Positions 1 to 9,526 of a DNA stretch of 52,090 nt are shown in pieces. The DNA comes from Myxococcota bacterium. Its GTDB lineage: Bacteria > Myxococcota > XYA12-FULL-58-9 > JALHOP01. How positions within the stretch are numbered: position 1 is the first letter of the stretch; each line of letters opens with the position of its first letter. The translations under genes and the position numbers were made by a program. The stretch covers positions 1-52,090 of the forward strand of contig JBGGMJ010000075.1 in assembly GCA_041288095.1 (NCBI GenBank), read 5' to 3'. The notes below the pieces were generated by a model. It worked only from the letters and a program-made list of their open reading frames with translations. It was not told the DNA's origin and did no database searches.

Positions 1-711
1 CAGCATTCGGAAAGAGAGTGGACCAAAGTGAAAGCGTCGACCTATCGTGACCACGTCGTCCTCTGTGGGGTTGGCCACCTCGGCTTCCGCGTCTTGCAGG
101 AGCTCGTCACCGGCGAGGTCTCGGTCGTCGCGATCGAGAAAAATCCCGACGCCCGTTTTCTCGGGCAGGCAAGGGTCATGGGGATCCCGGTGCTCGTGCG
201 CGACATGAAAGACGATGAAGCGCTCCGTGAAGCAGGTGTCGAGCACGCGCGAGCCATCGTCGTCGCGACCAACGACGACATGGCCAATCTCGAGGTCGTT
301 CTCGACGCGCGGCGCATGAATCCGCGCATCCGCATTCTCATGCGCCTGTTCGATCAGCAGATTGCCGCCAAGATCTCGCAGCCGTTGTCGGTCGATGTCG
401 CGTTCTCCGCGTCCGCTTTGGCGGCACCGATCGTCGCGGCGATGACGCTTGGAGCTCGCGTGCTCGCATCCTTCGCTGTCGCCGGCGTCCCGCACGTCAC
501 CGCCGAAGTGACGGCGGACGGGAAGCTCGGCGGACGCGGGCTCGCCGAGCTCGAACAACGTCACGGTGTCCGTGTGCTGGCGCGGGGACGTCCGGGAGAA
601 ATGCGTGACACGGCGGTCGCGGGAGCGGAGCCAGTCGTGGCGGGTGAAGTGCTCGTCGTTTACGGATCAGCGGCCCGCGTCGGTTCGATGGCGGGCGAAT
701 CCAGCGCTTGA
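1..711 (+). CDS. TrkA-family/RCK domain protein (potassium channel or uptake regulatory subunit), 5'-truncated by window edge
   Basis: Frame open from base 1 (QHSEREWTKV...). Rossmann HVVLCGVGHLG, ARAIVVATNDDMANL and LDARRMNP are TrkA_N hallmarks, followed by a TrkA_C-like tail. Confidence 0.85.
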   Translation, partial: QHSEREWTKVKASTYRDHVVLCGVGHLGFRVLQELVTGEVSVVAIEKNPDARFLGQARVMGIPVLVRDMKDDEALREAGVEHARAIVVATNDDMANLEVVLDARRMNPRIRILMRLFDQQIAAKISQPLSVDVAFSASALAAPIVAAMTLGARVLASFAVAGVPHVTAEVTADGKLGGRGLAELEQRHGVRVLARGRPGEMRDTAVAGAEPVVAGEVLVVYGSAARVGSMAGESSA

Positions 712-744
712 GCCAAGCCCGAACCCCGGTGGTATGCTCCTCGG

Positions 745-2664
745 GTGGCCTCACCTCGCGCGATTGGTTGGACGCTCGCGATAGCGATAAGCGCATTCGG
801 GGGAGCCGCCCGCGCCGCGACCATCTCCGGTCAGGTGCAAACGCCCGGCGGTACCGGGATTGGCAGCTCCGCTGTCTCCTTGTTCGCGCCGGGTCCGAAG
901 GGCTGGCAGCTGCAGACATTCCAAACCAGCGATGGTTCGGGCAACTACACCTTCAGCGGGCTGGCGGCGGGCTCGTATCGCATCTTCGCGGCGCCGCCGA
1001 GCGCGGCCTTCCGCGCCGCGGCCTGGTACGATGCTTTGGCTCCGAGCTCGAGCGGGCGACTCGCGGACCATGCCGACGACCTCGGTCTCGTCACCGCCGG
1101 TTCGACGTTAACGGGCATCAATCCCCTGTCGGCGCCGGCGGGAGGAGTTAGCGGACGGGTTCGCACTTCCGGTGGCACCACGTTGGCCGGTCACTTGGTG
1201 CGCGTGCAGGAACGTCAGAGCGGCTTCGATGCGCGCGATGTGGCGACGCAAGGAGGGGCATCGAGCGGGGTCTTCACGCACTCGGGCCTCCCAGCCGACT
1301 CGTATCTCTTCATCGTCTACGACCCGAACGCCACATACCAAACGCTGGTGTTCCCGGGCCCCTACACGATTACGGCGAACAGCAACCTCGCCCTGGGGGA
1401 CTTCGTCGCGCAGCCGCTCGCTCTCGATCCCAACGAGCCGAACAACAACGCGGGCGCGCCGACCTCGACCATCGACGCGAGTGGCCTTCACGACAGCCCA
1501 CCGACGCCCTTCGTCAGCACCAACGCCGCTATCGCGCCGCGGGGATCCGACGTCGATTGGTATTGCTTCGCGGTCGTCGCCGGCGACCATCTTCTTCTCC
1601 GCGCCATCGCCAGCGTGAGTCTACCAACCGGCACCGCCGAACATCCTTGGATCGATCCCTTGCTCCGCTTCTGGGTCGACGGAGGCACGGCATTGTCCGT
1701 TACAGCGGACGATGACGGCGCTTCGAAGCAGCCGCGGATCGAGGTTTGGATCGAACAAGACGGCGTCGGCTGCGCTACCGTGACCACCTACGGCGACGTG
1801 ACCTGGGTCGGCACGGGCCAGGGGAGTGCCGGCGCATATACGATGCGGATCGAACAGCTGAACCGCCGGCCGGTGATGAGTGACCTTGCGCCCCAAGAGG
1901 TCAACGAAGGTGAAGTCGCGGTCGTCCCCTTCTCGTACGCCGACCCGGACCTCGATGCTCTGAACTTCACCGCGGTGCTGACCGACGCGCTCGGAGCCGT
2001 GGTGCCGGACGGCGACTTGGACGTGGGGGTGACCGACGGCACGTTCACCTGGAACGTCTCCCAGATCGCCGCGGCGGCGAGCCCCTACACGCTCACGATC
2101 ACCGCGAGCGACGGCGTCTACGACGATGTCGCCGAAACGACCATCGATGTCGTCGCCGTGAATGTCGCTCCACCGGTCCCAGTGCTCCTCTCACCGATCG
2201 ATGGCGAAGAGGTGGTGACCGCCACCCCGACGCTGCTTATCTCCGCTTTGGCGGACGACGACGGAGAGGTCTACGACGTCGAGCTCGAGCTGCGTTACGG
2301 CTCCGCCGACGCGCCGCTAGCGCAGACGACGAGCGTCCCGAGCAGCGCGCCGACGTGGATTCCCGCCGCGCTGCCGGAGGACACGACCGTCTACTGGCGC
2401 GCCCGCGCGTACGACGGCGAAGCGCAAAGCCCATGGTCGGCGACGCACGTGTTCCTCGTCAACACGACGGTCGAGCCAAGCGCTCCCGACGCTCCCGACC
2501 CTGTCGATGAAGAGCCGGCCGCGCCACCCACGCCGCGCGACCAAGGCTGCAACGCGGCAGGGTCTGATGCCGTCGCGCTTCTGCTCGGCTACGCGATGCT
2601 ACGCGCGGCCCTAGTCCGCGAGCAGCACCGGCGTCGGCAGGCTCCGGTTGGCGGCGTCGCCTAG
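745..2664 (+). CDS. Secreted multi-domain surface protein (carboxypeptidase-regulatory-like/Cna-B repeats, PPC-like, Ig/cadherin-like, Fn3-like) with MYXO-CTERM-like tail
   Basis: Signal peptide ending ARA-A; ISGQV...SDGSGNYTFSGLAAGSYR; EPNN...DVDWY; YWRARAYDG; Pro-rich linker then GCNAAG, a hydrophobic helix and RRR. Confidence 0.7.
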   Translation: MASPRAIGWTLAIAISAFGGAARAATISGQVQTPGGTGIGSSAVSLFAPGPKGWQLQTFQTSDGSGNYTFSGLAAGSYRIFAAPPSAAFRAAAWYDALAPSSSGRLADHADDLGLVTAGSTLTGINPLSAPAGGVSGRVRTSGGTTLAGHLVRVQERQSGFDARDVATQGGASSGVFTHSGLPADSYLFIVYDPNATYQTLVFPGPYTITANSNLALGDFVAQPLALDPNEPNNNAGAPTSTIDASGLHDSPPTPFVSTNAAIAPRGSDVDWYCFAVVAGDHLLLRAIASVSLPTGTAEHPWIDPLLRFWVDGGTALSVTADDDGASKQPRIEVWIEQDGVGCATVTTYGDVTWVGTGQGSAGAYTMRIEQLNRRPVMSDLAPQEVNEGEVAVVPFSYADPDLDALNFTAVLTDALGAVVPDGDLDVGVTDGTFTWNVSQIAAAASPYTLTITASDGVYDDVAETTIDVVAVNVAPPVPVLLSPIDGEEVVTATPTLLISALADDDGEVYDVELELRYGSADAPLAQTTSVPSSAPTWIPAALPEDTTVYWRARAYDGEAQSPWSATHVFLVNTTVEPSAPDAPDPVDEEPAAPPTPRDQGCNAAGSDAVALLLGYAMLRAALVREQHRRRQAPVGGVA

Positions 2665-2823
2665 ACCGAGCTGACCATCCGTGTTGACCCGGAAGCCTAC
2701 GCGACGAGCACCCGACCATTTTCGCCAACACCCGCACCAACCCCGCCCGCCGCCGCCGGCTTGCGACGGCATCCTCTACTGGAGCTCGTCGGGTCTCCGC
2801 GGCGCCGGGCGCGCACCGCTGAT

Positions 2824-3237
2824 TCAGCTCGGCATGTTCTCGAACTGCGGGAGATCGAGCGGCTTCGCCCACGCGGCACGACGCTTGGTGAACATCTCGA
2901 GCTTCGGCACGAAGCCGGCAGGGTCGTTGACGGCGCCGAGGGTGACGAACACCGTTCCCGGAAAGCTCTCCAAGTTGTTGGTAAACACTCTGCAGCCGCA
3001 CTCCGGACAGAAGTTGCGAACGAGGCGCTTTCCGGACTGAGCAACATAGCCAAACCCTTCCGGCTTGCCGCTGGTCAGAGCGAAGTCCTTCTCCGGCACC
3101 CCGAAGAACGTGGCCGCTTCACCACCAGACGCCTTCTTGCAGTCCAAGCAATGACAGACCGCGATGAAGGTCGGGTCGGTATCGAACTCGAATTTGATCG
3201 CACCGCATGCGCACTGAGCCGTGTGTTTCTTTGCCAT
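2824..3237 (-). CDS. GFA (glutathione-dependent formaldehyde-activating/CENP-V) family Zn-binding protein
   Basis: CACG, CHCLDCKK and RNFCPECG motifs; start reassigned to MAKKH at 3237. Confidence 0.9.
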   Translation of the reverse strand: MAKKHTAQCACGAIKFEFDTDPTFIAVCHCLDCKKASGGEAATFFGVPEKDFALTSGKPEGFGYVAQSGKRLVRNFCPECGCRVFTNNLESFPGTVFVTLGAVNDPAGFVPKLEMFTKRRAAWAKPLDLPQFENMPS

Positions 3238-3339
3238 GTGTTGAGTCCCCAAGTGAGAAGCAGTGATTCCTTTCACGCCCGGCATCGCCCAAGTCCGATG
3301 TTCCAGTCCAGCGCCACCAAACTGGGCTAAGATCGCGGC

Positions 3340-4788
3340 GTGGCCTCCCAGGCGCGCGCAAGCTTCAAAGTCGGACCCTACCTCTGCCACACCCGGCTCG
3401 GCGTCGGCGGCATGGCGGAGGTGTGGCTCGCCTCGCGCCAAGGCCCCGCGAGCTTCGAGAAGCAGCTGGTGGTGAAGCAGCTGTTGCCGCATCTCGCGGC
3501 GGAGCGGGCCTTCTCCGAGATGTTCTTGAACGAGGCCAGGCTGGCGGCGCGGCTCAACCATCCGAACATCGCGCAGGTCTTCGACCTCGGCGAGGATCCG
3601 AGCGGCTACTTCATCGTCATGGAGTATGTCGACGGGCGCAGCGTCCGCGACGTCTTGCGTCGCATGCGCGACCTCGCGCGTCCGCTACCGCAGACAGTCG
3701 CGGCTTACATCGTTGGCCGCGCCTGCGCGGCGCTGCATCATGCCCACGAGCAGCGCGACGCCTCGGGGCAACTCATCGGACTCGTGCATCGCGATGTCAC
3801 GCCCGACAACATCATCGCGTCGTTCGGGGGCGAGGTGAAGGTCGTCGACTTCGGTATCGCCAAGGCGACGAGCATGGCGCCGTCGCACGGTACGCTCATC
3901 GGCAAGTGGCCGTACATGTCACCGGAGCAAGCGACCGGCGCGCCTATCGATCGGCGAGCCGACGTCTATTCGCTCGCCGTGGTCGCCTACGAGCTCCTCG
4001 CCGGCGAGCGGCCGTTCACCGCGAGCGACCCCGTGGCGCTGACGCATCAGATCACCAAGACAGATCCGCGGCCATTGAGTGAGCTCCGGCCCGACATCGA
4101 ACCGGCGCTCGCCGATGCCATTCACGCGGCGCTGCGCAAGGACCGAGACGAACGAACCGCGGACGCGCGCACCTTCGGCGCGGTCATGGATCACTTCGCG
4201 CGCGCCTCGCACGCGACCGCCGATAACCTAGCGGCGCTGCTCGCCGAGCTCTTCGACAGGACTCCCGCGCCGCGCCAAGAGGATGGGTCCATTACCGCGG
4301 ACACGAGCCCGTTGGGGATGGCCAAGCCACGGCGTCGTGCCATGACCTTGCTGGTGGCGGCTTGCGTCGTGGCACTCGCGATCACGGGGGGCGTCCTCTT
4401 GCGAAAACCGGCGCCCGCGCCGCCACCGGTAGCCGCCGAAGCGCAACCAGAGGCGGTGCCGACAGCTCTCGCGCGACCGCCATACGATGTCATCGTGAGC
4501 GAGCCGACGCTCGAGAAGAGCCGTCATGCGGTGAAAGGAAGAACCCCCCGGCCACGGACCGTCGCCGTCGACAAAGCGCCGGGCTCTATCAGCGTGCGCG
4601 TCCAACCCTGGGCCGACGTGCTACTCGACGGCAAAGCGGTCGGCACGACGCCGCTCCAGCCGATCAGCACCAGCGCCGGCCGCCACGAGCTGACGCTGGT
4701 GAACGCCAAGCTCAAACAGACCAAGGTCCTGCATGTGGACGTGCAGCCCGGCAAGACCGTCGCCGTCGAGGTCAATCTTCAGCGTTGA
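3340..4788 (+). CDS. Ser/Thr protein kinase with TM helix and C-terminal PEGA-like domain
   Basis: LGVGGMAEV, VVK, HRDVTPDN, DFG and YMSPEQ; TM LLVAACVVALAITGGVLL; PWADVLLDGKAVGTTP. Confidence 0.93.
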   Translation: MASQARASFKVGPYLCHTRLGVGGMAEVWLASRQGPASFEKQLVVKQLLPHLAAERAFSEMFLNEARLAARLNHPNIAQVFDLGEDPSGYFIVMEYVDGRSVRDVLRRMRDLARPLPQTVAAYIVGRACAALHHAHEQRDASGQLIGLVHRDVTPDNIIASFGGEVKVVDFGIAKATSMAPSHGTLIGKWPYMSPEQATGAPIDRRADVYSLAVVAYELLAGERPFTASDPVALTHQITKTDPRPLSELRPDIEPALADAIHAALRKDRDERTADARTFGAVMDHFARASHATADNLAALLAELFDRTPAPRQEDGSITADTSPLGMAKPRRRAMTLLVAACVVALAITGGVLLRKPAPAPPPVAAEAQPEAVPTALARPPYDVIVSEPTLEKSRHAVKGRTPRPRTVAVDKAPGSISVRVQPWADVLLDGKAVGTTPLQPISTSAGRHELTLVNAKLKQTKVLHVDVQPGKTVAVEVNLQR

Positions 4789-4823
4789 GCGACCGAGGCT
4801 CCGCGGCTAGGATCTCGACCAAC

Positions 4824-5468
4824 ATGACCGCGGCGTTCCTTCTCTGTTCCATGATCGCGGTCAACGGCGAGCTCGAGCGTGGGCACCGCGCCTTCGAGAA
4901 CCTCAAGTACGAGCAAGCTCTGGAGCACTTCACGCGCTCGCTCGCCGCCGCCGAGAACACGGCGGAGCGGGTCGACGCTTACGTCTACATCGGCATGAGC
5001 CGCTTCGAGCTCGGTGACGAGCCCGGGGCAAGGCAAGCGTTCCGCGAGGCCTTGGCTCTCGACCGCAAGGCGGCCTTGTCGCCGCTCGCGAGCCCGAAGA
5101 TTGAGTCCGCTTTCGCAGACGAGCGGGCGCGCCTGGTCGCGAACGATCCGCTACCGCCCACTGTAACGCCGGCGCCCCCCCCCGAACCGGTGCCGGTCAC
5201 GGCGACCGCGCCACCACCAGCGGTGGCCACGCGCTCGCACGTGCCGACCATCGTCGCCGCCGCCGCCGGGGTCGCGCTCATCACCGCCGGCATCCTTGTC
5301 GGTATCTCGGCGCGAAGAGCTCAAGACGATGCCGAGGCCGCGACCTTCGCGTCGGATGCCAAAGGCCTCGACGACAAGGCGCACTCGCGCGCTCGCACCG
5401 CGAACATCCTCTACGGCGCGGGCGGCGCCCTCGGCGCCTTCGCGCTCGTGTACGAAATCGCGTTCTAG
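4824..5468 (+). CDS. TPR-containing membrane protein
   Basis: TPR-like helices (AFENLKYEQALEHF, AYVYIGMSRFELGDEPGARQAFREALALD), Pro linker, two C-terminal hydrophobic segments; ATG at 4824. Confidence 0.75.
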   Translation: MTAAFLLCSMIAVNGELERGHRAFENLKYEQALEHFTRSLAAAENTAERVDAYVYIGMSRFELGDEPGARQAFREALALDRKAALSPLASPKIESAFADERARLVANDPLPPTVTPAPPPEPVPVTATAPPPAVATRSHVPTIVAAAAGVALITAGILVGISARRAQDDAEAATFASDAKGLDDKAHSRARTANILYGAGGALGAFALVYEIAF

Positions 5469-6769
5469 TCGGAGCCGAGGTCGTATTTGTTGATCAGGCG
5501 ATGCACGTGGGCGCGATGCAGGCCAGATTCGCGGGCCGCTCGCGCGATGTTGCCCTTGCAGCGCTGGAGCACGGCGCGGATGTAGTCACGCTCGAAGTGC
5601 GCAAGCAGCTTGTCCTTGGCGTCCTTGAAGGTCATCTCGTCGGCCCTGGCTGTTTCAGCGGACGGTAGCTGGGCATCACCGCCCAGGGTCAGAGCGCGCT
5701 CGATGACGTTGCGCAGCTCGCGGACGTTGCCTGGCCACGGATACTGAGTGAGCAGAGCTCGCGTCTCGGGCGCGAGGTCGCTCGCGGGCTTCCCCAGCGT
5801 CGCGAGGATCCGGTCGACCAGGAGAGGGATGTCCTGGACGCGATCGCGCAGCGGCGGCAAGGTGATCTGCACGACAGCCAGGCGATAGTAGAGATCCTTG
5901 CGGAAGGTACCAGCCGCTACAGCGGACTCGAGATCGCGGTGCGTCGCGGCGATGACGCGCGCGTCGAAGCGCCGCACCGAAGAAGACCCGACACGTTTTA
6001 CCTCGCCGGTCTCGATGGCCCGCAGCAAACGCGCTTGCACCTCGAGCGGCAGCTCGCCGACCTCGTCGAGAAATAGCGTGCCTCCATGCGCTGCCTCGAA
6101 GGCGCCGGCGCGGTCTCCGTGGGCGTCGGTGAACGCGCCTTTCACGTGACCGAAGAGCTCCGACTCGATGAGCGAGGGCGTAGCCGCGGCGAGATCGCAG
6201 ACCACAAAAGGCTGAGCTCGGCGTCCACTCGCGGCATGCAGGGCAGCGGCGCACACTTCCTTGCCGGTACCGGTCTCGCCGCGCACGAGAATGGTGCTGT
6301 CGGTCGGCGCCACGCGCTCCATGAGCGCGAACACTTGCCGCATGGGCAGACTCTCGCCGTAGAGCCCGCCGAAGTGCTCGGTTGTCGACACCGGCGATTC
6401 TAGCGTCGAGCTGTCGGCGGCGACCACTTTGAGATCGGTCTTGCCGATGCGCACGACGGTGCCGGCCCTGGCCTCGAGACGCTCGAAGCGGAGGCCGTCG
6501 TAGAACGATCCATTGGTGGAGCCCTGATCGATGAGCTCGATCTTGCCGTCGGCGAGCACACGCGCCAGGAGATGGACGCGCGAGACCGAGGTGTCGGCGA
6601 GGCATAGGTCGGTGCCGCTACTCTTGCCGATGCGGTAGGTGCCCTTCTCGAGCGCGAGCTCGCGGCGGTTGTCCGTTCCAGCGGATATGACCACGAGCTT
6701 GAGCGGCGCCGACGGCTGCTGGCGCTGGCGGAGCAAGTCGGTCGGCATTGTGGACGGTTCGTCGCTCAC
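5465..6769 (-). CDS. FHA-domain sigma54-dependent enhancer-binding protein (FHA-AAA+-Fis HTH)
   Basis: FHA (IGK...VSRVH...DQGSTNGS), Walker A GETGTGKE, GAFTDA, FLDEVGE, WPGNVRELRN, and C-terminal GNIARAARESG HTH. Confidence 0.93.
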   Translation of the reverse strand: MSDEPSTMPTDLLRQRQQPSAPLKLVVISAGTDNRRELALEKGTYRIGKSSGTDLCLADTSVSRVHLLARVLADGKIELIDQGSTNGSFYDGLRFERLEARAGTVVRIGKTDLKVVAADSSTLESPVSTTEHFGGLYGESLPMRQVFALMERVAPTDSTILVRGETGTGKEVCAAALHAASGRRAQPFVVCDLAAATPSLIESELFGHVKGAFTDAHGDRAGAFEAAHGGTLFLDEVGELPLEVQARLLRAIETGEVKRVGSSSVRRFDARVIAATHRDLESAVAAGTFRKDLYYRLAVVQITLPPLRDRVQDIPLLVDRILATLGKPASDLAPETRALLTQYPWPGNVRELRNVIERALTLGGDAQLPSAETARADEMTFKDAKDKLLAHFERDYIRAVLQRCKGNIARAARESGLHRAHVHRLINKYDLGSD

Positions 6770-7818
6770 GGCTGGTACGGCACGGGTGGCGCGAAGGTCT
6801 CGGCGCTGTCGTAGGCGAACGAGGCACGGGGCGCGATGACGCGTAGGTGCCGCAGGAGCTCGCCGTCGAGGCCACTCAAGTCCATGCCCGCGTACGGGTC
6901 GTTCGGCAGGTTGTGCGACGAACGGAAGAGCAAGGCCACACCGGAGCCACGATCGACGACGAAAGCTCCGAAGGTCTTCCAGGCCTCGGCGATGACACGC
7001 GCCTCCGCACCCAAGCGCGTCAGGTCGTAGGTTGGCTCGAGCTGCAACAGCGATCCGGCGGGCACACCGTCGGCGATGCTACCGCTAGCCGGATAGAGGG
7101 CCGGCGCCACCGCGGTCGTCGCCACGGCGCTCGGATCGATCTGAATGGCGAGCGCATGCGGGATATAGCCGGCACGAATCTCCTCGGGAAAGATCAGGCC
7201 GCCGAGGTAGCTCGCGCCCGATGCATACCCGGCGTTGACCGAAGTCGTCGCGTCCCACCATCCCGGCCCGTCGGCGCGGTACACGGCATAGCCGTACCCC
7301 GTCATCGAGGCCCCTGACCGCGCGGCACCGCCGATGTTCCAGACGCGATTGCGCGCGATGTCGACGATCACCAAGAGACCGCTCGGATCACCCGCGAGGA
7401 TGGCGTCGGCCGGCATCGGTACGTCGTCCATGCGCCAGCCGCCTGGGAGGCCACTGACGACGACGAGCTCCGCGTTCGCGTCCGCGTAGGCGACGATCGG
7501 CGTGTAGGCGTCGCGGTTGAGCTGGATGCCAGCGGTCGGCGGCTTCAGAGCGGCGATCTTGGCGACCATTGCGGCCGAGCCGGGAGCGAGCTCCGGCGCC
7601 GCGTCGATGGGTTTGTTCCAGGATGACTCTGGGCTCCACACCGTGGCGCTGGAGTCGTCTGGGTCGCGGCAATGACCACCGCGGCAAACCAAAGCATCGG
7701 GGCAGAGATGGCTCGGATCGCAGGCCTTGTCGGTGAAGGTGGTCTCCGGCACCGCGCAAGCAGCGATGATCGCGAAGGACAGGGCGAAGGCGCGGTGACC
7801 TGACAATGGGAGCGGCAT
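6766..7818 (-). CDS. Hypothetical lipoprotein with small Cys-rich N-terminal module
   Basis: Lipobox-like IIAAC; CDPSHLCPDALVCRGGHC; conserved-looking GLIFPEEI...IPHAL and FGAFVVD segments; start set at MPLPL. Confidence 0.6.
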   Translation of the reverse strand: MPLPLSGHRAFALSFAIIAACAVPETTFTDKACDPSHLCPDALVCRGGHCRDPDDSSATVWSPESSWNKPIDAAPELAPGSAAMVAKIAALKPPTAGIQLNRDAYTPIVAYADANAELVVVSGLPGGWRMDDVPMPADAILAGDPSGLLVIVDIARNRVWNIGGAARSGASMTGYGYAVYRADGPGWWDATTSVNAGYASGASYLGGLIFPEEIRAGYIPHALAIQIDPSAVATTAVAPALYPASGSIADGVPAGSLLQLEPTYDLTRLGAEARVIAEAWKTFGAFVVDRGSGVALLFRSSHNLPNDPYAGMDLSGLDGELLRHLRVIAPRASFAYDSAETFAPPVPYQP

Positions 7819-7862
7819 TTGTCCCGACCAGACTAGCACGGGTTCGCCGAGCCCTCCCGCGA

Positions 7863-9440
7863 TCAACTTTTTGGGGCGCTCCGCTTGCCACGCGCCGCAT
7901 CGGCGACACGCTGCAAACGTTCGTCGAGCGCCTTCTGCAGCTCCGGACGAAAGCGCGGATGGGCCACCGCGATGAGCGCGCGTGCCCGCTCGAGCGACGA
8001 TTTGCCCTCGAGCTTCGCGGTGCCGTGCTCGGTCACCACGTACTGGATGTCGTGCATCGATGTGGTGACGACGTCGTCGGTGCCGAGGTGCGGGACGATG
8101 GTCGAGATCACCTGCGACTCGCCGTCGGCGCCCTTGATGGTTCGCGTCGACGGCAGCGCGAGGATGGCCCGACCTCCGCGCGAATGCGACGCCCCGCGCA
8201 TGAAATCCACCTGACCACCGACGCCGCTGAACCAACCGCCGTTGATCATTTGCGCGTTGGCTTGCCCCGACAGATCGACACGCAGCGCCGTGTTGATCGC
8301 AACCAGCTTGTCGATCTTCCCGAGCGCCGAGGGGTCGTTGCATTCGTCGATCGGCAACGCCACGAGGCGTGAATTCCCGTCCATCCACGCCAGTAGATCG
8401 GCGGAGCCTATGGCGAAGCTGAACTCGATGTCGCCGTCGATGGCCCCGGCCTTGGCGAGCGACATGACACCCTCGGAGATCATCTCGGAATGGATGCGAA
8501 AGCCCTTGCGGCCGGCGTGGGCGAGTTGCATCGCCACGGCGTTGGGGACGCCGCCGATCCCGAATTGCAGCGTCGCGCCATCGGGCACGAGCTCGACGAT
8601 GTTGGCGGCGATAGCGGCCTCGGCTTCGGTCGCGGGTGCCGCCGGCACCGGCACCACCTTCGCCTCGGAACGTACGATGTAGTCGAGCTCACTCACGTGG
8701 ATGCGACAAGCTCCGCCGACACGCGGAACCCCGGGAGTCATCTCGGCGATCACCGTTTTGGCGGCCAGGATCGCCGCCGGCTCGAGAACCGCGCTGGTGC
8801 CGATGCTGACGTACCCATCGGCGTCGGGCGGGCTGACGCGGAGGATGACCGTGTCGATGGGCAGCACACCTCCGCGCACGAGCTCGGGCACGCGATGCAA
8901 GAAAGATGGGATGAACGAGCCGCGACCGGTGGCAATGGCGACGCGCGAGCTGTTGTCGACGAAGAACGCCTCGGGGACGATCTTGCCTTCACCCTCGTAG
9001 AGCTTCGGGTCGACGAAGACCACGGCGCCGAAGATCCTCACCGGCTTCGCGGCATCGAGCTGCCCCGGTGTGCGCGCGCGCGTCGAGAGCGCTTCGAGGA
9101 TTGTCGGCGCCGTCATGTGACCCACCGGCAGGAGCACGCGATCACCCGCCTTCACGAGCGCCGCCGCCTGCTCGGCGCTGATCGTCCGTTCGGCGAGCAC
9201 CACCTCGGCGCTCGGCAGGATCTGACTCCCAGCGACCTTGTCGATGTTTTGCCGCAGCCCAGCGATCATCCGCGGCTCGAGCAGGGTCCGGACATCGTCA
9301 CGCTGCCTCAAGTACGCGTCGAGCTCGGCGACACTGGTGAGCCCGTCAGGGTTGCCTGTAGCGTGGTCCGCCTGAGCGAGCAGGCGCCCGTCCAAGGTTT
9401 GGGCAGAGGCAACCTTCTTGATGGCAACGAGCTCGGTCAT
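7863..9440 (-). CDS. Acetyl-CoA hydrolase/4-hydroxybutyrate CoA-transferase family protein with ~80-aa N-terminal extension
   Basis: DGATLQFGIGGVP, HSEM (catalytic Glu), SGVGGQVDF and VVTEHG motifs; start MTELV. Confidence 0.88.
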   Translation of the reverse strand: MTELVAIKKVASAQTLDGRLLAQADHATGNPDGLTSVAELDAYLRQRDDVRTLLEPRMIAGLRQNIDKVAGSQILPSAEVVLAERTISAEQAAALVKAGDRVLLPVGHMTAPTILEALSTRARTPGQLDAAKPVRIFGAVVFVDPKLYEGEGKIVPEAFFVDNSSRVAIATGRGSFIPSFLHRVPELVRGGVLPIDTVILRVSPPDADGYVSIGTSAVLEPAAILAAKTVIAEMTPGVPRVGGACRIHVSELDYIVRSEAKVVPVPAAPATEAEAAIAANIVELVPDGATLQFGIGGVPNAVAMQLAHAGRKGFRIHSEMISEGVMSLAKAGAIDGDIEFSFAIGSADLLAWMDGNSRLVALPIDECNDPSALGKIDKLVAINTALRVDLSGQANAQMINGGWFSGVGGQVDFMRGASHSRGGRAILALPSTRTIKGADGESQVISTIVPHLGTDDVVTTSMHDIQYVVTEHGTAKLEGKSSLERARALIAVAHPRFRPELQKALDERLQRVADAARGKRSAPKS

Positions 9441-9464
9441 GGTGGAGTCCCTTCGTGAGGGTGC

Positions 9465-9491
9465 ATATCGACGCGGACGTGAAACGGTTGC
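9465..9491 (-). promoter_or_regulatory. Putative sigma28-like promoter GCAAC-N14-GTCGATAT
   Basis: Minus strand reads GCAAC cgtttcacgtccgc GTCGATAT, 24 nt upstream of the ATG at 9440; motif recurs upstream of other genes. Confidence 0.55.
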
Positions 9492-9526
9492 AGGACGCCG
9501 GGCCAAATGTCCCCGCATCTTCACCC

